A DNA stretch of 64,000 nucleotides from Phycisphaeraceae bacterium (GTDB taxonomy: Bacteria; Planctomycetota; Phycisphaerae; Phycisphaerales; Zrk34): assembly GCA_040905565.1 (NCBI GenBank), contig JBBDRF010000092.1, forward strand, positions 64,001 through 128,000, written 5' to 3'. This document shows, one piece after another, positions 1-9,981 of the stretch (position 1 is its first letter; the number at the start of each line of letters is the position of its first letter). The notes beneath the pieces are model-generated. The model was not told the origin of the DNA. It made no database searches and was given only the letters and a program-made list of their open reading frames with translations. Made by a program: the position numbers and the translations under genes.

Positions 1-116
1 TCGCGCCAGACTTCGCGCATGTCGTGGCCGTCGCGGTCGCCGCGCTGGGCGGTGGCGGTGCCGACGGTGGAGAGCAGCACGATCGCTGCGAAAGCTGTTC
101 TATAAACTGTTGGCAT
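1..116 (-). CDS. 5' part of a secreted protein (runs off the window)
   Basis: Manual minus-strand translation from ATG at 116 gives MPTVYRTAFAAIVLLSTVGTATAQRGDRDGHDMREVWR, a Sec signal peptide with an ATA|Q cleavage site; no stop before the window edge. Confidence 0.6.
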   Translation of the reverse strand, partial: MPTVYRTAFAAIVLLSTVGTATAQRGDRDGHDMREVWR

Positions 117-415
117 CACTTGAAGTCCATCGAAAGTCGCGGGTTCAAAACTTTGATATCTGGCGCCATTCTAACCGCTTGCGGGCGTCCGGGGAATCTA
201 TGGAAGCTGAACGCGTTCGATCGGCGCGTTTGATGGCTGGGGGAAAGGGGGCCTTTTGGGAGATGCCGGCGGCGGTGTTGGCAAATCGGGTTTGGGTGGG
301 GCTTGCACCGCTCGCCGTGGTCGTTCAATATGCCTACGCTATTGAGGCGCGCCAACAGTGATGAACGGCTCCGGTGGCCGTTTCCCGTTTACCCCCGTTA
401 CTCTGGGAGTGTCCG

Positions 416-850
416 ATGCCGACGCCTCCTGCTTACAACACGCAGCAACATAGCGAGGAAGTCACGGCCGCGGAGGAGAATCCGATTCGGGTGCTCCTCG
501 CGGACGATCATAAAATACTGCGCGACGGGCTTGCGAATCTGCTGCGCGAGCAGCCGGACATCGTGCTCGTTGGGGAGGTCGGCGACGGTCAGGCAGCAGT
601 GGATCGGACGCGCGAACTTCATCCGGATGTGGTAGTGATGGACATCACCATGCCGAGGCTGACGGGGATCGAAGCAACACGCATGATTACCCGTGAGTTG
701 CCCGACGTCCGCATCATCGGCCTGTCGATGCACGAACACGAGGATATGGCCTCAGCCATGCACAACGCCGGGGCTGTGGCGTATCTGACGAAGGACGGGG
801 ATGTCGAAGCGCTGATTCGCGCCATCCGCGACGCCGCCCGAAAGGAGTAA
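416..850 (+). CDS. Stand-alone response regulator receiver domain (NarL-like REC, no HTH)
   Basis: IRVLLADDH, phosphoacceptor in PDVVVMDITMP, LSMH and YLTKD motifs; ORF ends right after REC. Start set at ATG 416. Confidence 0.9.
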   Translation: MPTPPAYNTQQHSEEVTAAEENPIRVLLADDHKILRDGLANLLREQPDIVLVGEVGDGQAAVDRTRELHPDVVVMDITMPRLTGIEATRMITRELPDVRIIGLSMHEHEDMASAMHNAGAVAYLTKDGDVEALIRAIRDAARKE

Positions 851-862
851 CGCCGCGCATGA

Positions 863-2083
863 TCAGGCAGGGCACATGCGGATGAGGGTGCGAGGCGTGA
901 ACGGGTAACGCTCAACAAGTTTTCGCAGGTCGTCAGCCGTGACGGCCTGCACCCGCTTGAGTTCTTCTTCGAGCGGGATGTAGTCGTTGAGGTAGAGCCA
1001 CTGGCCGCCGAGGTTCATCATGCGGCCGGCGGGGCGCTCGTTCTGAAGCGTCATGTCCATCGCAATCTTGCTGACCGCCCGCTCGATCTCCTCATCCGTC
1101 AGATCTTTCACGATGCTGTCGATGGTCTCCAGCAGGATCTTCTCAACCTGGTCAGCCTTCTCCGGATCACAGCTGGCGAAGAAGAGGAACTGCCCCGTGC
1201 CGTCCATCGCATGGTGCGAAAGCTCCGCTTCGTCGGCATAACCAGGGTCGATCAAATTCCAGTAGAGGCGGGAGCCGTCGGTGTCGCCGATCACGTGCGA
1301 CAGCACCGCGGCGGCATAACGATCGTCATCCTGCGCCGAGGGCCCCGGGGCCATCCCCACGAGATACTGCATGCTGGTGTTCGGCTTCACCAGCCGTTGA
1401 TCGCCCGCATGCGGCGGCGGCGAAGCGGTGTCACGCGACGCGCCGGTCCGCTCCCATGCCGCACAGACGTCGGCGATCTGCTGAACGCACTTGTCAAAAT
1501 CCAGCTTCCCCGCCAGCGAAACCACGATGTTGTCCGGGCTGTAGCGGTGGGCGAAGTAGTCGAGCATCTGGTCGCGCGTCAGCGATTTGATCGTCTCGTT
1601 CGTGCCGAGGATGCGGTAGCCGAGGGGGTGCTCGCCGAAGTAATCTTCCATCGCCTGCTCAAGGACGATCCAGAACGGGCGATCCTCATACATGCCGATC
1701 TCTTCGAGGATGACCTGCTTCTCCATGTCGAAATCTTCTTCACGGAGCGCCGGCCGCAGCATGTCCGTCAGCAGATCGATCGCGTGCTCAAGGTACTCCG
1801 GCAGCACATGCGCGTAGTAGGTCGTGACCTCCTGCGACGTTGAAGCGTTGTAGTTCGCACCGATCTGGTCGAACTCTTCGTTGACCTGAGCCGCAGTACG
1901 GCGGGCGGTGCCTTTGAACATCATGTGCTCAAGAAAATGGCTCACGCCCATCAGGGCCTTCTCTTCATCACGCACCCCGGCTCGCACAAAGAAGCCCACC
2001 GCGGCGGTATGGGCATTGGAATCAGGCTCGGCGATGATGGTCAAGCCGTTGTCCAGTTGAGTCTGCTTAAACGTCTGCGACAT
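863..2083 (-). CDS. M16 (pitrilysin/insulinase) family zinc metallopeptidase, catalytic subunit
   Basis: Inverted zinc motif HFLEHMMFKGT, NASTS, and ILEEI distal Glu. Confidence 0.95.
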   Translation of the reverse strand: MSQTFKQTQLDNGLTIIAEPDSNAHTAAVGFFVRAGVRDEEKALMGVSHFLEHMMFKGTARRTAAQVNEEFDQIGANYNASTSQEVTTYYAHVLPEYLEHAIDLLTDMLRPALREEDFDMEKQVILEEIGMYEDRPFWIVLEQAMEDYFGEHPLGYRILGTNETIKSLTRDQMLDYFAHRYSPDNIVVSLAGKLDFDKCVQQIADVCAAWERTGASRDTASPPPHAGDQRLVKPNTSMQYLVGMAPGPSAQDDDRYAAAVLSHVIGDTDGSRLYWNLIDPGYADEAELSHHAMDGTGQFLFFASCDPEKADQVEKILLETIDSIVKDLTDEEIERAVSKIAMDMTLQNERPAGRMMNLGGQWLYLNDYIPLEEELKRVQAVTADDLRKLVERYPFTPRTLIRMCPA

Positions 2084-2184
2084 GGCGAAAAGTTCCGAAT
2101 AGAGGCGAGTCGATCAATGGCTGATTTTGCTCCCCGCCCCCCACGTTCCGCCACGCGTCGGGCAAAGGTGGGGGGGGTGGGGGG

Positions 2185-3408
2185 TTAGGCGAGGGTTTCG
2201 GGGCCGATGGTGAGTGTGGTGAACGTGTCCGGCCGATGGGTGCTGAGGTAGTCGTTGAGCATATCCAGCGAGATCGCGTCGATAGCCTCCGCCCGTTCAT
2301 CAAGCGTGCGAGGCCGACCCACCAGGAACTGATCGCTGGCGATGGCCCTGGCGCGGGCACTGGTCGACTCACCCTGCATGATCAGCCTGGCCTTCAGGCC
2401 GACCACCGCACGGTGAAATTCGTCCGCTTCCACGCCGTCGTTCACACGCTGCAACTCTTCACGGAGCACCTCAAGCGTTTCCGCCGCCCGCGCCACCGTC
2501 GTCCCGGCATACGCATATACCGTGCCGAAGTTCGGCTGCGGGGCGTACGCCGCATACACCGCGTAACACAGGCCACGCTTCTCACGCACTTCGGTGAACA
2601 ACCTCCCGCTCATGCCGCCTGAAAGCACCGCCACGCCCAGCCGTTGATGCAGGCTCAGCGGGTCCGATTCGCCCACCGTATCGAACGCCAGACCAATGTG
2701 CGTCTGCGACGTTTCGGCCGTGATGTGATCGTAATGAGGCTCGGGCGTTCCCTGCACCGGCAGCGGTTCCACCGTGCCCGACCAATCATTCAGCATCTGC
2801 CCGATCTGGTCCCGCACCTTTTCGAAATCGACATTGCCCGCCAGACCGAGGATCGCACCGTCCGGCACGAAGTGACGATCGCAATGCTGACGCACATGCT
2901 CGAGCTTCAGGCTCTGCAGATGCTCCACCGAGCCGGGCTGCGGATGATTCAGCGGTGCAGGCAGATGACGACGTTTCAGTTCGACCATCACCTTCTGCTG
3001 CGGCTCGTCCTCCAGCGATTGCAGCCCCTGCAGCGCCAGCGCCACAGCAGGCTCGAATTCGGTATCCGCCAGGTGAGGCCGACGCACCATGTCCGTCAGC
3101 AGCGGCAGGGCACGGTCCAGACGATCGCCCAGCATCGTCGCGCCCAGCCTCAGGTGATGCGTCTGCACGTCGTAAGAACGGTGGACGCCGAGGCGGTCCA
3201 GTGCGTCCGAATGCTGCCGCGAGTCGAGATCGCCGGCTCCGCGGAACAGCATCTCACCGAGCACCTGCGTCACGCCGAGTTGATCGTCCGGCTCGGTCGC
3301 GGCTCCAGACGGCAGCAGCAGCGACATGGCGGCACTCTTGACGCCCACGATCGGCTCCACCAGCAGCGTCAGACCGTTGGCAAAGCGATGTTGATGAATC
3401 TGGCTCAT
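2185..3408 (-). CDS. M16 family peptidase, non-catalytic partner subunit
   Basis: M16 fold; HXXEH degenerated to QVLGE; C-terminal GGMSGRLFTEVREKRGLCY (R/Y pair). Confidence 0.92.
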   Translation of the reverse strand: MSQIHQHRFANGLTLLVEPIVGVKSAAMSLLLPSGAATEPDDQLGVTQVLGEMLFRGAGDLDSRQHSDALDRLGVHRSYDVQTHHLRLGATMLGDRLDRALPLLTDMVRRPHLADTEFEPAVALALQGLQSLEDEPQQKVMVELKRRHLPAPLNHPQPGSVEHLQSLKLEHVRQHCDRHFVPDGAILGLAGNVDFEKVRDQIGQMLNDWSGTVEPLPVQGTPEPHYDHITAETSQTHIGLAFDTVGESDPLSLHQRLGVAVLSGGMSGRLFTEVREKRGLCYAVYAAYAPQPNFGTVYAYAGTTVARAAETLEVLREELQRVNDGVEADEFHRAVVGLKARLIMQGESTSARARAIASDQFLVGRPRTLDERAEAIDAISLDMLNDYLSTHRPDTFTTLTIGPETLA

Positions 3409-3563
3409 GGTAAACTACCTGTCAGGCATAACGGAAACCGGCATTGTAACCGCTGGAAACCTTCCCTGTGGAAGCGGCGTTTGAAGTGTCCGGCCATTGT
3501 TGATAGTGTCGTGAAATCATCGACTTATTTCCCCTTTAGTGTTTCAACCTGGAGCCCATCACC

Positions 3564-4445
3564 ATGAGCTGGACCCTTAGTGCATTCGCCGACGAAGCCT
3601 CCGCCCAAGTCGATGAGCAGATTAGAGCGCTCAACGAAGCGAAGATCGATCACGTGGACCTGCGCAGTGTCGATGGCACGAACATCGTTGAGCTTCCTGT
3701 GGATGAGGCGAAGCAGGTACGCAAGAAGCTCGACGCAGGCGGTATCCGCGTGTGCATGTTCGGCTCGCCGATCGGCAAGATCGATCTGGCCGACGACTTC
3801 GAGATCGACCTCAAGCGCCTGCGCCACCTCGGTGAGATGCGCAAGGTGTTCGATGCCGAGAAGGTCCGCATCTTCAGCTACTTCAATAAGGAAGCGCAGC
3901 TCGATGACGCCGGCTGGCAGGCGCAAGCCGTCGATCGGCTGCTGCGGCTGAGCGATGAGGCGGCCAAGCTCGGGCTCGTGCTCTATCACGAGAACGAGAT
4001 CGGTATCTACGGCGGCCCCCTCGAGCAGGTGTGTGTCCTCCGCGACAAAGTCCACGCCCAACGGCCCGAGCAGTTCAAGCTCATCTTCGACTTCGACAAC
4101 TTCAACCAGAACAACGAAAATGTCTGGGAAGATTACCTCGAACTCCGCGACAGCATCGGGGCCCTGCACATCAAGGAATCCAAGCGCCAGCCCGACGGCG
4201 CGTGTCAGCATGTGCCCGCCGGCGAGGGCGATGGCTACATGCCCGAGATTTTCGCCGACCTCGCCAAACGCGGCTGGGACGGCCCGTTGACGCTCGAGCC
4301 TCACCTGGCGCGCTCCGAAGCCGTGCTCGCCACCGGGGCACACGGTCAGGCCAATGCTGCACTTTCGGACCTCTCGCCGTACGAATGCTTCCAGGTCGCC
4401 GCCCAGGCGATACGGAAACTGCTCGACGATGCTGGCCGGTTATAG
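3564..4445 (+). CDS. Sugar phosphate isomerase/epimerase (xylose isomerase-like TIM barrel)
   Basis: LSAFADE, GSPIGK, HENE, FDFDNF, LHIKE and LTLEPH motifs. Confidence 0.9.
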   Translation: MSWTLSAFADEASAQVDEQIRALNEAKIDHVDLRSVDGTNIVELPVDEAKQVRKKLDAGGIRVCMFGSPIGKIDLADDFEIDLKRLRHLGEMRKVFDAEKVRIFSYFNKEAQLDDAGWQAQAVDRLLRLSDEAAKLGLVLYHENEIGIYGGPLEQVCVLRDKVHAQRPEQFKLIFDFDNFNQNNENVWEDYLELRDSIGALHIKESKRQPDGACQHVPAGEGDGYMPEIFADLAKRGWDGPLTLEPHLARSEAVLATGAHGQANAALSDLSPYECFQVAAQAIRKLLDDAGRL

Positions 4446-4490
4446 ACGCGGGTGACGGCGGCACCCGGAAAGAGGTATAATCGCCATCAC

Positions 4491-5900
4491 ATGAGCCTGC
4501 GATGTCGCCTATCCCACGCGCAAAGCTGGGCGGTGGTCACTTCGGTGATCCTGCTCATGCTGATCTTCTCTCCGCACCGCGCCCGCGCGGCCGAAGCGAC
4601 GCAGCGCACCGCTGCGATCATGACCTGGCACAGCATCGGTGAGCAACTGGCGCCCTCGCGCACCTTCAGCGGCGTCGTCCTTAACGGACGCTACGTGGTG
4701 ACCTCAAGAAGAGCGCTCGAGAAGGGGCACACGAACCCTTTCACCGGCCGCTCGGGCGAGCTGTCGCGCATTCAAGGCGTGGTCCGGCAGAATGATCAGC
4801 TGATCACGTTCGACCTGTCCGTCTGGGCCTCGCCCCGGACGGTGATCGATGATCTGGTCCTCCTGGAGGTCGTGGAATCCGACCGGGAGACGCTGGCGCA
4901 ATTCATCCGGCATCTACCGACACTCGGCAGACTCACGCAAGCGAGCCCCGCAAGGCTGATCGGCGTGCTCGCGCCGCTCGGCGTTGAAGAGGTCACCCCT
5001 CGGACCATCCCGCAGCCGCTGGAGTTGGCCATTTCCTGGGAGCAGCCGTTGCGCAATCGCGGCACACTCGCCGTGCCGAGCGAGCCCACCTACGCCTCGC
5101 AGATGGTCGGCGCCGGCGTATGGACCGATCAGCAGGAGCTACTCGGCGTGCTGGTGCGGGAGGATCGCGGCTGGTGGGTCGTCGACGCTTCCGTCGTCGA
5201 AGAGCTCGGCATGCTGGCCGGTCTGAACTGGGACGCGCCGGAGGATTTTCGCGAATTCACCGGCCCCAACGTGCGCAGGCCAGACCCCCGCCCGCGGGCT
5301 GAGCTGCGCGGCATCTACGAACTATTGGATCGCAACGGCCTTCAGATGCAGCTCGATCGCAACCTGGTCGACTTCGTCAATCAGCCCCAGGCGGATTTGA
5401 TCATGACGATGATCGCCGGCGGCGAATACGACCGGGCACTGAACCTGCTCGACCGCATCGAGCCGCTGGTAACCGGTCGGCTGATGGAGCAGATGACCTA
5501 CCGCCGGGCGCTGGCGCTGATCCTCAACGGTCGGCCCGATGACGCAAGGCGAGGGCTCGTCGAAGTCCACGAACTGCAAGACGACCTGGCCCGGGCGCGC
5601 GGCATGATGTTGCGACGCGTACTTGAGGCCGATGCTGAACGACAGCTGGGGGATCTGGATATCACCCGCCCGGATGGGCTGGCCGAGGCATGCCTGCGGG
5701 TGCTGGGGGAGCTTGAGCGGGAGTTCGCGGAGGAACTGGAGCAGACCGGGTGGCGCGTGGGCGTTTCCCCTGACCAGACGGTCCTGGCGGAACTGGAAGA
5801 GATCCAAGGGAAGGTGCTCGTCTATCGCCTGTCCTGGCCGAGCTACTTCAAGCCGATGCTCGACCGCATGAAGAACATGCGTAACGAGATCGAATCCTGA
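4491..5900 (+). CDS. Secreted hypothetical protein: degenerate trypsin-like domain plus helical/TPR-like C-terminus
   Basis: Signal peptide (ARA|A), trypsin-like strand pattern lacking catalytic His/Ser, helical repeats (GEYDRALNLLD, YRRALALILNGRPDDAR). Start could be 4452. Confidence 0.6.
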   Translation: MSLRCRLSHAQSWAVVTSVILLMLIFSPHRARAAEATQRTAAIMTWHSIGEQLAPSRTFSGVVLNGRYVVTSRRALEKGHTNPFTGRSGELSRIQGVVRQNDQLITFDLSVWASPRTVIDDLVLLEVVESDRETLAQFIRHLPTLGRLTQASPARLIGVLAPLGVEEVTPRTIPQPLELAISWEQPLRNRGTLAVPSEPTYASQMVGAGVWTDQQELLGVLVREDRGWWVVDASVVEELGMLAGLNWDAPEDFREFTGPNVRRPDPRPRAELRGIYELLDRNGLQMQLDRNLVDFVNQPQADLIMTMIAGGEYDRALNLLDRIEPLVTGRLMEQMTYRRALALILNGRPDDARRGLVEVHELQDDLARARGMMLRRVLEADAERQLGDLDITRPDGLAEACLRVLGELEREFAEELEQTGWRVGVSPDQTVLAELEEIQGKVLVYRLSWPSYFKPMLDRMKNMRNEIES

Positions 5901-6004
5901 ACGATCGCTGAAGCCGCGACGCCCTCCGGACCGATAAAACACCTGAACGACTCAGCAACTGCCATCGAAGGATGGCGACGTTATCGATGCGGGAATCAAA
6001 TCAC

Positions 6005-7495
6005 ATGGCAACGCGATGGACAAAGCGCCCCGGCGCAACAGTAGCGACTCTCTGGGCGATCGTGCTCATTCTTCTCGGCTCTGGCTCGACGCTGTCGGCA
6101 CAGATGCTTCAGGGGCAGGTGCAGACGCACGTGCAGGCCGCCCAGCTGGGCAACGGCACGCTCGGGCTGCTCATCGTCGACCTCGACAGCGGCGACGTGA
6201 TGGCGCAGATGAATGCCGAGCAACCGCTCATTCCCGCGAGCAACATGAAGCTGGTGACGACGGCGGCTGCGCTCGGCGTGCTGGGCAAAGATTTCACCTT
6301 CTCCACGGAACTCCGGCTCATCGAAAGCGAAGACGGCACCACCCTCGTCATCCACGGCGACGGCGACCCCGCCTTCGGCGATGCACGCATCCTTGAAGTG
6401 CTCGGCCTCGAGGTCGAGGATGTCATCCGTGACTGGGTCGCCGCAGTGAAAGAAGCCGGCATCAGCGAAGTCAAGCAGATCATCGTCGACGACCGCATCT
6501 TCGACCGTGAGTTTGTGCATGCAAGCTGGCCGACCAATCAGCTTCACCGCTGGTACTGCGCGCAGGTTGGTGCCATCAACTTCAACGACAACTGCATCGA
6601 CATCTACGCTCGGCCCCGCGCACAGGGTGAAGTGGCCAGCATCAACATCCACCCCATCGGCGCCCCCGTTTCACTGGATAACAAAACCGTCAGCGGCAAT
6701 CGGCACGAGTTCTGGTTCTCCCGCCGGCCCGATACCAATCAAATCATCCTCCGTGGGCAAGTGCGCCACGCACTGACCGAAGCAGCGCCGGTCACCGTCC
6801 ACGATCCCCCAATTTTCTTCGGCGAGTTGATGCAACGACGCCTCCGCGAAGTCGGCGTCAGCGTGACCGAGGTCACCCGCGCTGAACCGCAGGCCGTGCT
6901 GCCGGCGGGCGAATTGCTGGCCGCGGTGCGGACCTCGCTGCCGACCGTGGTCATGCGGTGCAATCGTGATTCGCAGAACCTCTTCGCCGAGGCACTGATC
7001 AAGCGCATCGGCTACCGCGTGACCGGCCAGCCGGGCTCGTGGACCAACGGGGCAGCGGGCATCCGAAGCTTCCTCGCCGAACGCATCGGCCCCGACGCTG
7101 CTTCGGTCGTGATCGACGACGGCTCCGGCCTCAGTCGCGAAAACCGCATCTCGCCGCAGGTGCTCATGGAACTGCTCTCCGCGATGCACGACGACGCCGA
7201 CCTCGGCCCGCTGTACATCGCCTCGCTCGCCGAGCCCGGTGCGGAGTTCGGCACGCTCCGCAACCGCTTCCGCCAGGTGGCGCTCAGCGGTGATGTCCGC
7301 GCCAAAAGCGGCTACATCCGCGGCGTCACGGCCCTCTCAGGCTACGTCGTGCAGGGCGAGCGCACCGTCGGATTCGTCATGATACTCAACGATTATTACG
7401 ACGGCACCCATCGCGTCCGCCAGATGATGGAGCGCATCGTCGCCGACATCGATGCCGCCATCGCCACCCCCGACACCGCCGACCTCGGCGGCTGA
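6005..7495 (+). CDS. dacB: D-alanyl-D-alanine carboxypeptidase/endopeptidase (PBP4, peptidase S13)
   Basis: PASNMK (SxxK), SQN (SxN), KSG, DGSGLSREN, GDGDP; signal peptide. Start 5972 is also possible. Confidence 0.95.
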   Translation: MATRWTKRPGATVATLWAIVLILLGSGSTLSAQMLQGQVQTHVQAAQLGNGTLGLLIVDLDSGDVMAQMNAEQPLIPASNMKLVTTAAALGVLGKDFTFSTELRLIESEDGTTLVIHGDGDPAFGDARILEVLGLEVEDVIRDWVAAVKEAGISEVKQIIVDDRIFDREFVHASWPTNQLHRWYCAQVGAINFNDNCIDIYARPRAQGEVASINIHPIGAPVSLDNKTVSGNRHEFWFSRRPDTNQIILRGQVRHALTEAAPVTVHDPPIFFGELMQRRLREVGVSVTEVTRAEPQAVLPAGELLAAVRTSLPTVVMRCNRDSQNLFAEALIKRIGYRVTGQPGSWTNGAAGIRSFLAERIGPDAASVVIDDGSGLSRENRISPQVLMELLSAMHDDADLGPLYIASLAEPGAEFGTLRNRFRQVALSGDVRAKSGYIRGVTALSGYVVQGERTVGFVMILNDYYDGTHRVRQMMERIVADIDAAIATPDTADLGG

Positions 7496-7530
7496 AGCGC
7501 GGCTCCTCTCACGCACGCTCTCAATGCTAA

Positions 7531-7560
7531 GGGTGCCCCGGCCAGCGCAGACGGCCGGGC
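7531..7560 (-). repeat. REP-like palindromic repeat, family A (inverted, shortened copy)
   Basis: Reverse complement reads GCCCGGCCGTCTGCGCTGGCCGGGGCACCC, matching copies at 7605, 21410 and 30211. Confidence 0.75.
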
Positions 7561-7604
7561 GCGATGGCGACATCGACCCCGGCATCGGCGCAGGTCCCCG
7601 GGAA

Positions 7605-7642
7605 GCCCGGCCGTCTCGCTGCGCTCGCTGGCGGGGGCACCC
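7605..7642 (+). repeat. REP-like palindromic repeat, family A
   Basis: GCCCGGCCGTCTCGCTGCGCTCGCTGGCGGGGGCACCC, intergenic between dacB and ndk. Confidence 0.8.
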
Positions 7643-7749
7643 GCAGAATTGACGATCACACGTGCCGCCCCTCCGATTGGCAGGACCCCGGCCGAATCGT
7701 GTATCATCCCGACCCTGAATCTTTTCTAGCCATTGCAGGGACATACACG

Positions 7750-8199
7750 ATGCAAACGACATTGATACTGATCAAGCCCGACGCTGTGCAGCGGGGGCTG
7801 GTGGGCGAAATCATCAGCCGCTTTGAGCGCAAAGGCCTGCAACTGGTCGGCACGAAGCTGGTCGCGGTGAGCGAAGACCTTGCCAGCGAACACTACGCCG
7901 AGCACAAGGACAAGCCGTTCTTCCCCGACCTCATCGGCTTCATCACCTCCACACCGGTCGTGGCACTGGCGCTGCATGGTCGTGACGCCATCGCCGTTTG
8001 CCGTAAGCTCGTCGGCGCGACCGACGGCACCCAGGCCGACCCCGGCACCATCCGTGGCGACTTCGGACTCAGCAAATCACTTAACATGGTGCACGCTTCG
8101 GATTCACCCGAATCCGCTGAGCGTGAGCTGAAGCTGTGGTTCACCGACGCCGAACGCGTCGATTACGACCGCTCCAGCCAGGCATGGATCACCGGCTGA
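7750..8199 (+). CDS. ndk: Nucleoside diphosphate kinase
   Basis: TLILIKPDAVQRGLVGEIISRFE, PGTIRGDF, NMVHASDS (catalytic His). Confidence 0.98.
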   Translation: MQTTLILIKPDAVQRGLVGEIISRFERKGLQLVGTKLVAVSEDLASEHYAEHKDKPFFPDLIGFITSTPVVALALHGRDAIAVCRKLVGATDGTQADPGTIRGDFGLSKSLNMVHASDSPESAERELKLWFTDAERVDYDRSSQAWITG

Positions 8200-8244
8200 A
8201 ACGCGACCCTTAGCCGCGACGCTACGTGTCGCAGGTGAACCGCC

Positions 8245-9882
8245 ATGGCCTATCCCACACTGCAGGATTTCCTCACCGCGCTCGATTCAGCAGGCGAACT
8301 GGCGCGCGTCAAGCCCGCCGTTTCGCCGATGCTCGAGATCACCGAGATCGCGGACCGCGTGAGCAAATCGCCTGCGCCGCAGACCAGCCCCACCGCCGCG
8401 GTCACCGATCCGCAGCATCACCATCTCGGCGGCAAAGCACTGCTGTTCGAGAACGTGGAAGGGGCAAACCATCCGCTTGCGATCAACGTGTTCGGCTCCT
8501 ACCGCCGCATGGAGATGGCGCTCGGTTGCGAGAACGGCGGCTTCGAAGGGCTCGGCGAACGTCTCGGGGCCCTCGTCAAACCCGAGCCGCCCGTCGGCAT
8601 CATGGAAAAGATGCGCAAGGGTCTGGAACTCGCCAAGGTCGCGGGCATGGCGCCCAAGGTCGTCCGCAACGGCGTGTGCCAGCAAGTGGTGAAGCAGGGC
8701 GATCAGGTGAATCTGCTTGAGCTGCCGACCATCAAGTGCTGGCCTCACGACGGCGACCCGTCGCAGTTCGGCTACCCCCAAAGCCTCCAGCAACCCGGGC
8801 AGGGCCGCTACATCACCTTCGGCGGCATCTACACCATTCACCCAGACGATGCCGGCCGCGACGGCCCCCGCTCCTCCCGCAACGTCGGCATGTACCGCGC
8901 GCAGGTGCTCAACGAAAAACAGACCGCCATGCATTGGCACATCCATCACGATGGCGCACGCCACTGGCGCGCGTGGAAAGAGCGGGGCGAACCGATGCCT
9001 TGCGCCATCGTGCTGGGCGGCGAATCCGTCCTCCCCTACGCCGCCACCGCCCCCATGCCGCCCGGCATCAGCGAACTGCTGCTCGCAGGCTTCCTCAACG
9101 ACAAGTCCATCGAACTGGTGCCCTGCAAAACCGTCGATCTGCACGTCCCCGCCAACGCCGAGATCGTCATCGAAGGCTACGTCTCCACCAAGGCCGGCAC
9201 CATCGGCTTCGATCCCCGCACCGGTAGCGACCTCGGCCCCGAAGCCCACTTCGAAGGCCCCTTCGGCGACCACACCGGCTTCTACTCCCTGCCTGATCGC
9301 TACCCGCTCTTCGACGTCACCGCCATCACTTCCCGCAAGCAGCCGGTCTATCCCACCACCATCGTCGGCCTGCCCCCGCAGGAAGATTATTACATGGGCA
9401 AAGCCACCGAACGCCTGTTCCTCCCGCTGCTCAAAACCATCGTCCCCGACATCCTCGACTACGACCTGCCGATGTTCGGCACCTTCCACAACTGCGCCTT
9501 CATCAAGATCCGCAAGGAATACCCCCTCCACGCCCGCCGCGTCATGCACGCCATCTGGGGGGCCGGGCAGATGGCGTGGACGAAGATGATCGTCGTCGTC
9601 GATGAACACGTCGACGTCCACGATCATGAAGATGTGCTCTTCGAACTCTGCGCCAATGCCGACCCCGGCCGTGATGTTGAGATCGTCAACGGTCCGCTGG
9701 ACATCCTCGACCACGCTGCCCCCAGACTCGGTGCCGGCCACAAGATCGGCTTCGACGCCACGAAGAAAATCGCAGGCGAAGAAGTCAACGGCCACCCCGT
9801 CCGCGACTTCCCCTCACGCCTCGAAATGACCGCCGACATCAAAAAACAAGTCACCGCCCGCTGGTCGGAGCTGGGGCTTTAA
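8245..9882 (+). CDS. ubiD: UbiD family prFMN-dependent decarboxylase (menaquinone/futalosine-pathway type likely)
   Basis: LEITEIADR, NVGMYR, EGPFGDHTGFYS, GPLDILDHA and KIGFDATKK motifs. Confidence 0.92.
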   Translation: MAYPTLQDFLTALDSAGELARVKPAVSPMLEITEIADRVSKSPAPQTSPTAAVTDPQHHHLGGKALLFENVEGANHPLAINVFGSYRRMEMALGCENGGFEGLGERLGALVKPEPPVGIMEKMRKGLELAKVAGMAPKVVRNGVCQQVVKQGDQVNLLELPTIKCWPHDGDPSQFGYPQSLQQPGQGRYITFGGIYTIHPDDAGRDGPRSSRNVGMYRAQVLNEKQTAMHWHIHHDGARHWRAWKERGEPMPCAIVLGGESVLPYAATAPMPPGISELLLAGFLNDKSIELVPCKTVDLHVPANAEIVIEGYVSTKAGTIGFDPRTGSDLGPEAHFEGPFGDHTGFYSLPDRYPLFDVTAITSRKQPVYPTTIVGLPPQEDYYMGKATERLFLPLLKTIVPDILDYDLPMFGTFHNCAFIKIRKEYPLHARRVMHAIWGAGQMAWTKMIVVVDEHVDVHDHEDVLFELCANADPGRDVEIVNGPLDILDHAAPRLGAGHKIGFDATKKIAGEEVNGHPVRDFPSRLEMTADIKKQVTARWSELGL

Positions 9883-9981
9883 GGCAGCGAAGATTTAACG
9901 TAAAAAAAGCGGGTGACGCGCCCACGCACGTGTGATATACGTGAGAAAGATGAAAATCTGTTCTTAATTAAGGGGTAACTT

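Noticed and set aside
8287..9795. Long antisense ORFs (also 53163..54857, 61797..63071, 59569..60903, 15412..16506)
   Set aside because: These are shadows of well-supported genes on the opposite strand, expected in high-GC DNA, with no motifs.
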